Of a stretch of 64,000 nt of DNA, positions 11,738-20,598 are shown one piece after another (position 1 is the stretch's first letter; each line of letters starts with the position of its first letter). The position numbers were made by a program, and so were the translations under genes. Origin of the DNA: Gammaproteobacteria bacterium. Lineage in GTDB: Bacteria; Pseudomonadota; Gammaproteobacteria; Steroidobacterales; Foliamicaceae. The stretch spans positions 98,924 through 162,923 of the forward strand of contig VXYS01000013.1 in the NCBI GenBank assembly GCA_009845905.1. The letters are read 5' to 3'. The notes beneath the pieces are model-generated. The model did no database searches. It had not been told where the DNA came from and saw only the letters and a program-made list of their open reading frames with translations.

Positions 11738-13710
11738 AGAAGCTGCTGATCGCCAACCGCGGTGAGATCGCCTGCCGCATCATGCGGGGCGCGCAGGCAC
11801 TCGGCATACGCAGCGTCGCCGTCTATTCCGATGCCGATTCCGAGGCCCTGCACACGCGCACGGCCGACGAGGCCGTCTGCATAGGGGGCCTGACCGCGGC
11901 CGAGAGCTATCTCGACGTGGAAAAGATCATTGCGGCCTGCAAGGAGTCGGGCGCCGACGCACTGCACCCCGGCTACGGATTCCTGTCTGAGAATTCCGGT
12001 TTCGCCGCGGCGGTGGAGGAAGCCGGCATCACCTTCGTCGGACCTCCGGCGGAAGCGATCCGGCTGATGGGCGACAAGCTGGAAGCCAAGCGCATTGCCG
12101 CCGAAGCGGGCGTTCCCGTGATTCCCGGCCGAGCCGAGGCCATGGAAAGCGCCGATGCCGCTGCCGAAGCGGCCGCAGACATCGGCTACCCGATATTGCT
12201 GAAGGCCCAGGCCGGCGGCGGCGGGCGCGGCATGCGGATCGCGCGCGACGAAGCCGAGTGCCGCGCGGGCTACGAGCAGGCCGTGCGGGAAGCCGAGGCG
12301 GCATTCGCCGACGGGCGCGTTTTCGTCGAGAAATACCTGGAGCGCCCGCGCCACATCGAAGTCCAGATTCTGGCCGACGGCCACGGTTCGGTCGTGCATC
12401 TGGGAGAGCGCGAGTGCTCGATTCAGCGCCGCTACCAGAAAGTCATCGAGGAGGCGCCATCGCCCTTCGTGACGCCGGAAATGCGCGCCGAGATGGGCCA
12501 GGCCGCCGTTTCGCTGGCGAAGGCGATCGGCTACCGCTCCGCCGGAACCGTCGAATTTGTCGTTGATGCGTCGGGCAGCTTTCACCTGCTGGAAATGAAC
12601 ACCCGGCTGCAGGTGGAGCATCCGATCACCGAGTGGATCGCCGGCATCGACCTGGTTCAGTGGATGCTGCGGATTGCCGCCGGGGAAGAGCTGGATTTCA
12701 CCCAGGACGATGTCGAACTCAACGGCTGGTCCATGGAAGCCCGGATTTGCGCCGAAGATCCCGAGCGGGACTTTTTGCCCGCCGCCGGCCGGCTGATTCG
12801 CTGGCTGCCTCCTTCGACCGGCCTGGCGTTGCGGCTGGATGCCGGTGTGGAAGAGGGCGACGAGGCTTCGGTCTACTACGATTCGCTGGTCGCGAAGCTG
12901 GTGGTCTACGGCCGCGACCGGGACCAGGCGGCCGCACGGCTGGCCGCCGCGCTCGATAATTTCGCCGTGGAAGGACCGGCTACGAATGTTCTTTTCCTGG
13001 CTTCCCTGGCTCGCCATCCCCGGTTCGCGGCGGGCGATCTGACCACGGCCTTCATCGCCGAGGAATATCCCGAAGGCTTCCGGCCAGGCGCCGATGGTCC
13101 GGCTGCGCTGGCGCAACTGCTGGGCGCCGTGACGGTCCTGGCCCAGGATCGCGCCGCGCGCCTGATGCCCGGGGAGTGGACGCCGGCCGTGCTCCTTTCC
13201 GATGGCGAGGAGATGCCGCTAAAAAGGAAGTGGGAGAACGGGTGTGCAAGCGTCCGGTTCGGACGACGGGTGTATCGGCTGGAGAGCGGCTGGCGCCCGT
13301 TCGAGCCCATTGTCCGGTGCACTGTCCGCGTGCCCAGGGGCTCCGGATTGACGGGAGGCGAATTGTTTTTCGTCATCCAGCGCGAGGGACTGCGCGTCAC
13401 GGTCTCGCATGCGGGCGCCAAGCGTGATTTCGTGTACCTGCCGCCGCGTTCGGCCCGGCTGAAGGGCCGCATGGCGGCCCGGCCGGCGCACCTGGGCGTC
13501 ACCGTTCTGAACGCGCCGATGCCCGGCGTGCTTACCCAGCTGCGCGTGGAGGAGGGCGAGGAAGTGAAGACCGGCCAGGAAATCGGGGTCATCGAAGCGA
13601 TGAAGATGGAAAACAGCCTGCGCTCTCCCCGCGACGGCCGCATCCGGCAAATCGCCGTAAGTCCCGGCGATAACCTGGAGTCCAACCAGCTTATCCTGCG
13701 CTACGAATGA
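11734..13710 (+). CDS. pccA: Propionyl-CoA carboxylase alpha subunit (biotin carboxylase plus biotin carboxyl carrier)
   Basis: Biotin carboxylase N-terminus [17 protein letters not shown], an ATP-grasp core, and a C-terminal biotinyl motif [10 protein letters not shown] place the start at the TTG at 11734, which overlaps the pccB stop (TTGA). The track ORF start at 11662 adds 24 aa inside pccB. Confidence 0.9.
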   Translation: MKKLLIANRGEIACRIMRGAQALGIRSVAVYSDADSEALHTRTADEAVCIGGLTAAESYLDVEKIIAACKESGADALHPGYGFLSENSGFAAAVEEAGITFVGPPAEAIRLMGDKLEAKRIAAEAGVPVIPGRAEAMESADAAAEAAADIGYPILLKAQAGGGGRGMRIARDEAECRAGYEQAVREAEAAFADGRVFVEKYLERPRHIEVQILADGHGSVVHLGERECSIQRRYQKVIEEAPSPFVTPEMRAEMGQAAVSLAKAIGYRSAGTVEFVVDASGSFHLLEMNTRLQVEHPITEWIAGIDLVQWMLRIAAGEELDFTQDDVELNGWSMEARICAEDPERDFLPAAGRLIRWLPPSTGLALRLDAGVEEGDEASVYYDSLVAKLVVYGRDRDQAAARLAAALDNFAVEGPATNVLFLASLARHPRFAAGDLTTAFIAEEYPEGFRPGADGPAALAQLLGAVTVLAQDRAARLMPGEWTPAVLLSDGEEMPLKRKWENGCASVRFGRRVYRLESGWRPFEPIVRCTVRVPRGSGLTGGELFFVIQREGLRVTVSHAGAKRDFVYLPPRSARLKGRMAARPAHLGVTVLNAPMPGVLTQLRVEEGEEVKTGQEIGVIEAMKMENSLRSPRDGRIRQIAVSPGDNLESNQLILRYE

Positions 13711-14933
13711 GCGGACGGATCGAAACTCTGGCGGACGGCGTGCTGGCCGGCGATCGCCGCAGCCTGGCGCGGGCGTTGACCCTGGTGGAGTCGGAGCGGG
13801 ACGTTGACCGCAGTGCGGCGCGCGAGCTTGTCGAGCGGCTGCAGGCAGGGTCCAGTCCAGCCAGGCGAATCGGAATCACGGGCCCGCCCGGGGTCGGCAA
13901 GTCCACGCTGATCGAGCAACTCGGCCTGCGCCTAGTGGAGGCCGGCAAGCGCGTGTGCGTACTGGCCATCGATCCCACCTCGGCGCGCACCGGCGGCTCG
14001 ATCCTGGGAGACAAGACGCGGATGGCCGAACTGGCGCGCAAGGCCGGCGTGTTCATACGGCCCTCGCCCACAGGCGACGGCAGCGGCGCCCTCGGCGGCC
14101 GAACGCGCGAAGCCCTTGCCGTGCTGGGCAGTGGCCCCTTCGACTACGTGGTGCTCGAAACGGCCGGTTCGGGACAGGCCGACACGGATGTCGCCGATAT
14201 GGTGGACGTGCTCGTGCTGGTGCTGGCGCCCGGCGGGGGCGACGAGTTGCAGGGCATGAAGCGCGGGGTCCGGGAGCTGTCCGACCTGATCGTCGTCAAC
14301 AAGGCTGACGGCGAAACGCGTCAACTGGCCCGCTCAACGGCGTCCGACTACGCGCGTTCCGTCCCCGCGGCGGGGCGCGACGCGGTGGTCAGTTGCTCGG
14401 CGCTGGAGGGGACCGGCCTGGACGAACTCGCTGAACGGATCGCCGATCTGGCCGACTCGGCGCCGGACAGGCAGGCGGCGGAGCAGGCAACGGATCGCGA
14501 TGCGTCGGGCGCGATCGGCCGGCTGAACCACGTGGCGCTGGCCACGGCCGACGTGGAACAGGCCGCCGCGTTTTATCGCGATGTGCTGGGCGCCGAGGTT
14601 TCGGAACCGAAGCCGCTGCCCGAGCACGGCGTCACGACCGTCTTTGTCCGGTTGCCCAACACCGCGCTGGAGCTGCTGGAACCGCTGGGCGAGGACTCGC
14701 CGATCGGCGGATTTCTCAAGCGCGCGACGTCGGGCGGGATGCACCATATCTGCTGCGAGGTCGATGACATCCTGGCGGCGCGCGACCGGGTGCGCGAGCA
14801 GGGCGTGCGCATACTGGGGGACGGCGAACCCAGCATCGGCGCGCATGGCCTGCCGGTGCTGTTCCTGCATCCCAAGGACTGTTTCGGCGTGCTGATCGAG
14901 CTCGAGGAACGTGCTAGTGTTGAGTCCGTTTAA
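13707..14933 (+). CDS. meaB: MeaB/ArgK-type G-protein chaperone fused to a methylmalonyl-CoA epimerase (VOC fold) domain
   Basis: G-protein motifs GPPGVGKST, DPTSARTGGSILGDKTRM, ETAGSGQ and NKAD. From about residue 270 there is a glyoxalase/VOC epimerase-like domain (LNHVALATADVEQAAAFY...GGMHHICCEVDDI...LHPKDCFGVLIELEE). An ATGA overlap joins it to the pccA stop. Confidence 0.85.
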   Translation: MSGRIETLADGVLAGDRRSLARALTLVESERDVDRSAARELVERLQAGSSPARRIGITGPPGVGKSTLIEQLGLRLVEAGKRVCVLAIDPTSARTGGSILGDKTRMAELARKAGVFIRPSPTGDGSGALGGRTREALAVLGSGPFDYVVLETAGSGQADTDVADMVDVLVLVLAPGGGDELQGMKRGVRELSDLIVVNKADGETRQLARSTASDYARSVPAAGRDAVVSCSALEGTGLDELAERIADLADSAPDRQAAEQATDRDASGAIGRLNHVALATADVEQAAAFYRDVLGAEVSEPKPLPEHGVTTVFVRLPNTALELLEPLGEDSPIGGFLKRATSGGMHHICCEVDDILAARDRVREQGVRILGDGEPSIGAHGLPVLFLHPKDCFGVLIELEERASVESV

Positions 14934-14957
14934 GCCCGCGCTGGCGAGGAGGTTCTG

Positions 14958-15335
14958 ATGCCCCTGGTATTTGTCCTGTTGGCGACGCTGCTGCTGGCGT
15001 CATCCGTTTTTCTTGGCGCCTACGGAACGCACGGTCTTTACGAGGCGGGGGCGGCCATGACGGAAGTGCGCGCCTGGGACTGGGCGAACCAGATTCATGT
15101 GGCGCACTCCCTTGGATTGCTGGCCGTGGGGCTGATGCTGCGCCGCAGACCGGACATCTTTTTCTACAAGGTGGCCGGATGGCTGTTGATCGCGGGCATC
15201 GCGGTGTTTTCGGGCACGATCTACATGAAACTGCTGGGCGGTCCCGACTTCGCGCCGCTCACTCCCTATGGCGGGATGGCGCTCGCAGTCGCCTGGATCA
15301 GCGCCGCCGCCGGCGCCTGGCGCGACCTCCGCTAG
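14958..15335 (+). CDS. DUF423 (YgdD-like) small inner-membrane protein
   Basis: 125-aa protein with 4 TM segments and the characteristic N-terminus FLGAYGTHGL. Confidence 0.75.
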   Translation: MPLVFVLLATLLLASSVFLGAYGTHGLYEAGAAMTEVRAWDWANQIHVAHSLGLLAVGLMLRRRPDIFFYKVAGWLLIAGIAVFSGTIYMKLLGGPDFAPLTPYGGMALAVAWISAAAGAWRDLR

Positions 15336-16294
15336 CCCGGTTTCAGCGCGTGTGCGTCGTCGGCGTTGATGACGGCGCTGATTTCGGCTTCGTGGCCGGC
15401 GCCGCGGCAGTATTTTCTGAGGATGCCCTGCAGGTTCGGCCGCTTCTCCGCGGGCGTTTCGCCCCGCCCGATGCCGCCGCCCAGTTCCAGGAATGACCTC
15501 ACGCCGTTCTCCACCGCCCACTGCATGCAACCGACCCAGTTCACCGGGTTGATGAGCTGAAAGAAGAGCCGGGTCCGGACGGCGTCCGGCGCCGGATCGT
15601 GCGGCCGGGCCGTGTAATTGGACAGCACCGGGCAACGGGGAGGGCGGAATTCCGTGCGCTTGAGCACGTCGCGGAACTCCCGCGCCGCCGTCACCATGAG
15701 ATAGGTGTGGAATGCGCCCTCCGTGGCCAGGGGCGTACCCCGCTTGCGCGGATAGTTTTCCGCCAGGTCGGTGGCCAGTTGCTCCAGGTCGGCGTGGGTG
15801 CCGCCCACGACCGTCTGGGTCGGCAGGTTCAGGCCGGCCACCTGGCAGCAGTGCCTGTCGGCGAGCTGCCGCGCTTCTTCGGCATCCATCGCGAGCGCCA
15901 GCATGCCGCCTTCGCCGTACTCGCCCATCAGCCGGCCGCGCTCGCCGACCAGGCGTAGCGCATCGTCGAATGCCAGCGCCCCGGCGGCAACCAGCGCGCT
16001 GTACTCGCCCAGGCTGTGTCCGGCCGCGGCCAGCGGGGTCAATTCGCCGCCCGACTGCGCTTCCGTTACCCGCAGGCAGGCGATCGAATGGGTCAGCAGC
16101 GCGGGTTGCGTATAGCGGGTCAGCCCGATTTGTCCTTCGGGGTCGCTGAAGCTGAGCTCGCGCATGTCGTAGCCGAGCGCCTCGCCGGCCTCGTCGTAAA
16201 TCCTGCGGGCCGCGTCGAAGGTCTCGTAGAGATCGTTCCCCATGCCGGCGTACTGCGCGCCCTGGCCGGGGAATACCAGCATTCCCGTGTTCAT
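15332..16294 (-). CDS. Malonyl-CoA:ACP transacylase (FabD) family acyltransferase, atypical and outside a fab cluster
   Basis: Shows FPGQGAQYAGMG and the active-site GHSLGEYSALVAAG. The C-terminal third diverges from canonical FabD. Confidence 0.7.
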   Translation of the reverse strand: MNTGMLVFPGQGAQYAGMGNDLYETFDAARRIYDEAGEALGYDMRELSFSDPEGQIGLTRYTQPALLTHSIACLRVTEAQSGGELTPLAAAGHSLGEYSALVAAGALAFDDALRLVGERGRLMGEYGEGGMLALAMDAEEARQLADRHCCQVAGLNLPTQTVVGGTHADLEQLATDLAENYPRKRGTPLATEGAFHTYLMVTAAREFRDVLKRTEFRPPRCPVLSNYTARPHDPAPDAVRTRLFFQLINPVNWVGCMQWAVENGVRSFLELGGGIGRGETPAEKRPNLQGILRKYCRGAGHEAEISAVINADDAHALKPG

Positions 16295-16304
16295 GAGTGA
16301 AGTC

Positions 16305-17564
16305 TCAGGCTGCCTTTGCTTGCAGGCGGGAAGCTTCCTCGCCGATGATCCTCAGCCCTTCGAATACCATGTCGGCGTTCCCGCATACGTTGATCCTTAT
16401 GCATTCGCGCGAGTGGGCCCAAGCCTTTCGCAGCCCGGGAAAGAATTCGCTTCCGGAAAGGATCATGACGCCGCGCGCCTTGAGCCGGCGGTACAGGACC
16501 CGGTTGTCGTTAAGGCCGGGAAACCACAGCCAGAGAAACATCGAGCCTTCGGGTTTATGGATGTGATAGTCGCATGCGGTGAGGGTCTCGTGGCAAAAGC
16601 CCACAGCCTCGGTTACCTTGCGCTGGTAGAAGGGCCGGATCATCTCTCGCGCAATCCGCAGCAATTCACGGTTCTCCAGCAAGGGCGCCACAAGCGCCGC
16701 TCCAGCGGCGCCCACCGCGAGTTGAGTCAGCGCATTGACTCGGCCCAGGATCTCGGTTACTTCCTCGTTGGCCACCACGATGCCTGTGCGCAGGGCCGGC
16801 AGTCCGATCTTCGACAGGCTCATGGTCAGAATGGTGTTTTCATTCCATTGCGGCGAGGCATTCACGTAAATCATGCCCGGGAACGGCAGGCCGTAGGCGT
16901 TGTCCACGATCAGGGGTACGTTGCGCGCTTTCGCCACCTCGTCCAGCCTCGCCAGTTCGCTCTCGCGGATCACGTTGCCGGTGGGATTGGTGGGACGCGA
17001 TACGACAATCGCACCCATGTCCTCAATATCCTCAAGGCCATCCATGCGCAGGCCGTACTTGAACAGCCGGTCGGGAAGCTTGTGAATGACCGATCGCCTG
17101 GATGCCACATCTGACTTGTCTGCGAGCAGCCCCTTGTAGCCGATGTACTCCGGACACAACGGAATGATGATGCGGCGGCGCTTGCCGCCGGGGCCGACTC
17201 CGCCAAACAGTTGGAACAGGAAATAGAAGCCCAGCTGGCTGCCCGGTGTGAGCGCTACGTTCGCTGCGGTGAGCGGCCAGCCGTATTCCTCACGCAGAAG
17301 GTCCGCCAGGGCTTCACGGAAATGGTGATCGCCGAGGGGTTCCGAGTAGATGGAGGCCATCTGGTCGAAACGCTTGGAATCCGCGGCGATCTTTGCCAGT
17401 TCGGCGCGGAACAATTCGGCCACTTCGGGAATAATCGCAGGATTGCCGCCGCCCAGGCGATATACAGTGTCGATCCCGGGCGGGTTACATACCATGTCTT
17501 CCATCAACTCCTTCGCGCCGCTGTGGGCGTTGAAGGTCCTGACAAAATTGGAGTACTGCATCAA
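16305..17564 (-). CDS. avtA: Valine-pyruvate (AvtA-like) class I/II aminotransferase
   Basis: 419 aa. The N-terminal region FSxxFxxxSGxxELMEDM...RLGGGNPAIIPEV and the overall length match AvtA-type transaminases. Confidence 0.75.
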   Translation of the reverse strand: MMQYSNFVRTFNAHSGAKELMEDMVCNPPGIDTVYRLGGGNPAIIPEVAELFRAELAKIAADSKRFDQMASIYSEPLGDHHFREALADLLREEYGWPLTAANVALTPGSQLGFYFLFQLFGGVGPGGKRRRIIIPLCPEYIGYKGLLADKSDVASRRSVIHKLPDRLFKYGLRMDGLEDIEDMGAIVVSRPTNPTGNVIRESELARLDEVAKARNVPLIVDNAYGLPFPGMIYVNASPQWNENTILTMSLSKIGLPALRTGIVVANEEVTEILGRVNALTQLAVGAAGAALVAPLLENRELLRIAREMIRPFYQRKVTEAVGFCHETLTACDYHIHKPEGSMFLWLWFPGLNDNRVLYRRLKARGVMILSGSEFFPGLRKAWAHSRECIRINVCGNADMVFEGLRIIGEEASRLQAKAA

Positions 17565-17630
17565 ATTGCCCTGGCCGGTGTGCTCGCGTGCGGATTATGG
17601 ACTAGAAAGTTTACTGATCTACTATCGGAT

Positions 17631-18347
17631 ATGGGTCTATTCAGGCTGAATTCCAGCATAGCACAGCGGCGTGTTTGCGCGCTCGCGCTGGTGTTTCGCC
17701 GCCCGCGCGAGCGCCACGGCAAACGCCGCCTGGCGGCATCCCTGGACGAGCGGTCCGTCGTGGAGCTCTGCCGGCTGATGCTGGACTGCGCGCTGGAGGA
17801 CCTTCGGGTCTGGCGCGGACCGGTCGTGCTGGTCCCGGAAGACCGCGACGATCTTGACTGGGCGCGCTCGTTGCCGACAAGTCGTTCGGACGGCCGGACG
17901 CCGGTCACGGTGCTTGCGCAGGGCGCCGGCAATCTGGGCAGGCGGCTGGAAAGGCTGGACCGGGCGCTCGACGCGAAGCAATTAAAACGCCGGATCTATA
18001 TCGGCAGCGATGCGCCGGCGCTGAAGCCGCGGCACTACCGGCGCGTGATCGCAGGCCTTGGCAGCTACGACACGGTGCTGGCGACCGCCCGCGACGGCGG
18101 CGTAACGATGATGGCCACGCGGCGAGGCTGGCCTTCCCTGGCGGGGCTTCCCTGGGGCACGCCGGGCCTGGCCCATGCATTGAGCGCCGCCTGCCGCAAG
18201 ACCGGCCGTCCGGCGCTTGAGATTCCCGGCGGATTCGACGTGGATCGCCGTTCGGACCTGGCGCCGCTGGCGCGGGCGCTGCGCGGCGATGTGAGGCCGT
18301 CGCGGCGCGAGTTGCATCGCTGGCTCGTGCTGAACCGGCTCGCCTGA
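17631..18347 (+). CDS. DUF2064 family protein (CofC-like nucleotidyltransferase-fold transferase)
   Basis: Start set at the ATG at 17631, because the track ORF from 17211 is antisense to avtA. The sequence ALVFRRPRERHGKRRLAASL...IYIGSDAPALKPRHY...DGGVTMM fits DUF2064. Its stop shares one nucleotide with the next gene's ATG. Confidence 0.6.
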   Translation: MGLFRLNSSIAQRRVCALALVFRRPRERHGKRRLAASLDERSVVELCRLMLDCALEDLRVWRGPVVLVPEDRDDLDWARSLPTSRSDGRTPVTVLAQGAGNLGRRLERLDRALDAKQLKRRIYIGSDAPALKPRHYRRVIAGLGSYDTVLATARDGGVTMMATRRGWPSLAGLPWGTPGLAHALSAACRKTGRPALEIPGGFDVDRRSDLAPLARALRGDVRPSRRELHRWLVLNRLA

Positions 18348-19027
18348 TGGACGTTTCCGTCGTCATCCCCGTATACCGCGACCGGCAGGCGCTGGAGCGC
18401 ATGCTCGAGGCACTCGCGAGGCTCGATCCGCGGCCGTCGGAGATCATCATCGTGGATGGCGGGAGCGAACCGGAGATCGAGGCGCTGTGCGCCGAAGCAG
18501 GCTGTCGCTATCTCGCGTCCCGCGCATGCCGGGGCAATCAGATGGATCGCGGCGCGCGCGCGGCGTCAAATGAACTGTTGTGGTTTCTGCATGCCGACAA
18601 CGCGCCGCGGCCGGACTCCATTGCCGTTATTCGCGCACACATGGGCACGGGGACCGTAGGCGGCTGGTTCCGATTCGTTTTCGAACGCGAGCGTTGCTGG
18701 CAGGCGCGGTTGTTGGCCTTTCTGATCAACCTGCGTGCGCGAGTCGGAACGCCGTACGGCGATCAGGGACTCTTCATGCACCGCGATGCGTATCGTCAAG
18801 CCGGGGGCTTTCCCCCTCGCGCGCTGTTCGAAGAACCACCGCTCGTGAAGCGCCTGCGGAAATCGGGGCGGTTCGCGCCCGTGCCGGCTGCCCTGGGCGT
18901 GTCGGCCCGGCGGTGGAAGCGTGATGGGTGGTTCAGGCGCAGCCTCAGGAATCGGCTGCTGGCCCTGGCGTATATCCTGCGCCGTTCCCCCGATGAGTTG
19001 GCGCGGGGCTATTTTCGGCGCGGTTAA
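18347..19027 (+). CDS. Family-2 glycosyltransferase-like protein (the type usually paired with DUF2064)
   Basis: Motifs VSVVIPVYRDRQALERML, IIIVDGGS, FLHADNAPRPDS and YGDQGLFMHRDAYRQAGGFP. Confidence 0.7.
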   Translation: MDVSVVIPVYRDRQALERMLEALARLDPRPSEIIIVDGGSEPEIEALCAEAGCRYLASRACRGNQMDRGARAASNELLWFLHADNAPRPDSIAVIRAHMGTGTVGGWFRFVFERERCWQARLLAFLINLRARVGTPYGDQGLFMHRDAYRQAGGFPPRALFEEPPLVKRLRKSGRFAPVPAALGVSARRWKRDGWFRRSLRNRLLALAYILRRSPDELARGYFRRG

Positions 19028-19034
19028 CGCGGAT

Positions 19035-20402
19035 TCAGGATCCCGGCTCGCAAACCCCGCCCAGCATCTGCGCGTCCCGCCATTCGGCGGGCCATTCGGA
19101 GGGCGCCGGTGGCCCGGTCAGTTCCGGATTCGGCACGCCGGACATCGACGGCAAGGGATCGGGCGACCGGCTGGCCATGCGGTAAGCCGGCGCGTCCGGC
19201 GTTACCCATGCGCCGTCGGTGGACGCGATCGCTCGTTCCGGATCTACTGGCACACGCTTTGATTGCGGGGGCGTCGAGGCAGACGGGCCGGATTTGGCGG
19301 CGCCCGCCAGTTCACCGCCGGCCTTTGCGGCCAGTTTCGCTCCCCGGACTTCAGGCCTGTTGCGTATGGAATCCACAGCCAGGTCCTTGGCGCCGTCCAC
19401 CGCCGCGTCCGCAAGCCTGCCGGCGATCTTGCCGCCGAGCCCCGAACCTTGCGATTGCGTCCCACCTGGCTGGGGGCTTCCGGTCGCGGGAGTCACCCAT
19501 GATCCCGCCTGGGGCGCCGTGTTCGCGCTCAGACTGTTCGTGTCCGCGCTCAGACTGTTTGCTGCACCGCCGGGCGTATTGCGCCCCGCGGCGATACGTG
19601 AATTCATACTCCCGGGCTGGCCGGGCGCGGAACCGGCCACGGTCTCCGCATCCTCGTCCCCGGCGAAGCGCAGGTCCACATCCGACTCGCCCCCGCCTTC
19701 ATTGCTTGCCGGTGCCGCTTCCGGAGAAACAGGCGGCACGGATTCATCGAGAACGATGAGGAAATGCTGCGCGACAGGCGGCAATTCCACTTGTTCGTTC
19801 TCCAGCAGGGTCCGGCCGTCCAGCCCGATGGCATCGTTGTAGAACTCGACATTGGAGTCCTTTTCGGTCCTGAGAACGCCGCCCTCCAGTGAAACGCCCG
19901 CGAACAGGCCCTTGGAGCGGGCCATCATGACGATCCGGTTTTCCAGCTTGTTGTCCGTGCCCGCAGTCGCGCTGCCGCCCAACTCTCCCGCCGCGTAGCC
20001 GGCGTCGGCGCCGATCGTGAACTGCCCGCCGGAAATCGCCTCTACGGCCTTGGGGTCCTTGAACACGATCAGCAGTTGCGACATCGAGACGCCGAATTGC
20101 AGGCCGAAGCTGCCGCTGGTGATGCGAACGAAGGCCGGCCTGCTCCAGCCACCCGACTCGAGCCGCGTGGACAGCACGCCCCGGCCATGTTTCACGCCGC
20201 CGAAAAGACCTACCTTCACGAATTCCGGAAAGATCGCGACGGCATGGGCGTTTTCGAGGACTCCGGGGGCTTCTTCTTCGAGGGGCCCGCGGATTTCCTG
20301 CAGGATCGATGCGGAGTGCATCATCCTGTCATTGAGAGTCTCTTCGGCGACCAGTGGCGCCGCGAGCAGAAAGAGAGTAATTCCAACAACTGCTTTGCGC
20401 AT
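19035..20402 (-). CDS. Secreted SYLF (Ysc84/DUF500) lipid-binding-domain protein with a long low-complexity C-terminal tail
   Basis: A signal peptide is followed by a SYLF-like core (AVAIFPEFVKVGLFGGVKHGRGVL...GSFGLQFGV...FTIGADAGYAAGELG...KGLFAGVSLEGGVL). About 230 Pro/Ala/Gly/Ser-rich residues follow, including the repeat NSLSADTNSLSANT. Confidence 0.65.
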   Translation of the reverse strand: MRKAVVGITLFLLAAPLVAEETLNDRMMHSASILQEIRGPLEEEAPGVLENAHAVAIFPEFVKVGLFGGVKHGRGVLSTRLESGGWSRPAFVRITSGSFGLQFGVSMSQLLIVFKDPKAVEAISGGQFTIGADAGYAAGELGGSATAGTDNKLENRIVMMARSKGLFAGVSLEGGVLRTEKDSNVEFYNDAIGLDGRTLLENEQVELPPVAQHFLIVLDESVPPVSPEAAPASNEGGGESDVDLRFAGDEDAETVAGSAPGQPGSMNSRIAAGRNTPGGAANSLSADTNSLSANTAPQAGSWVTPATGSPQPGGTQSQGSGLGGKIAGRLADAAVDGAKDLAVDSIRNRPEVRGAKLAAKAGGELAGAAKSGPSASTPPQSKRVPVDPERAIASTDGAWVTPDAPAYRMASRSPDPLPSMSGVPNPELTGPPAPSEWPAEWRDAQMLGGVCEPGS

Positions 20403-20438
20403 TATCGTTGCCCTAATGGTGGCGTTGTTGGTTCAGCA

Positions 20439-20466
20439 AATATACATTATTTCATGGGCTTGTCAA
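20439..20466 (-). promoter_or_regulatory. Candidate sigma70 promoter for the SYLF gene
   Basis: On the minus strand: TTGACA (20466-20461), a 16-nt spacer, then TATATT (20444-20439). It lies in an AT-rich stretch about 35 nt upstream of the start at 20402. Confidence 0.4.
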
Positions 20467-20497
20467 TGATTTTTACATCACTATTCAAGCAATTTAA

Positions 20498-20574
20498 TGG
20501 TCGGGGTGACTGGATTTGAACCAGCGACTCCTGCCACCCGAAGACAGTGCTCTACCAGGCTGAGCTACACCCCG
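20498..20574 (-). tRNA. tRNA-Pro (anticodon CGG)
   Basis: Manual cloverleaf of the minus strand: CGGGGTG-TA-GCTC-AGCCTGGTA-GAGC-A-CTGTC-TTCGGGT-GGCAG-GAGTC-GCTGG-TTCAAAT-CCAGT-CACCCCG-A-CCA. It is 77 nt with an encoded CCA. Confidence 0.9.
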
Positions 20575-20598
20575 ACCGTAGGGTTGAGTACCCGGATG

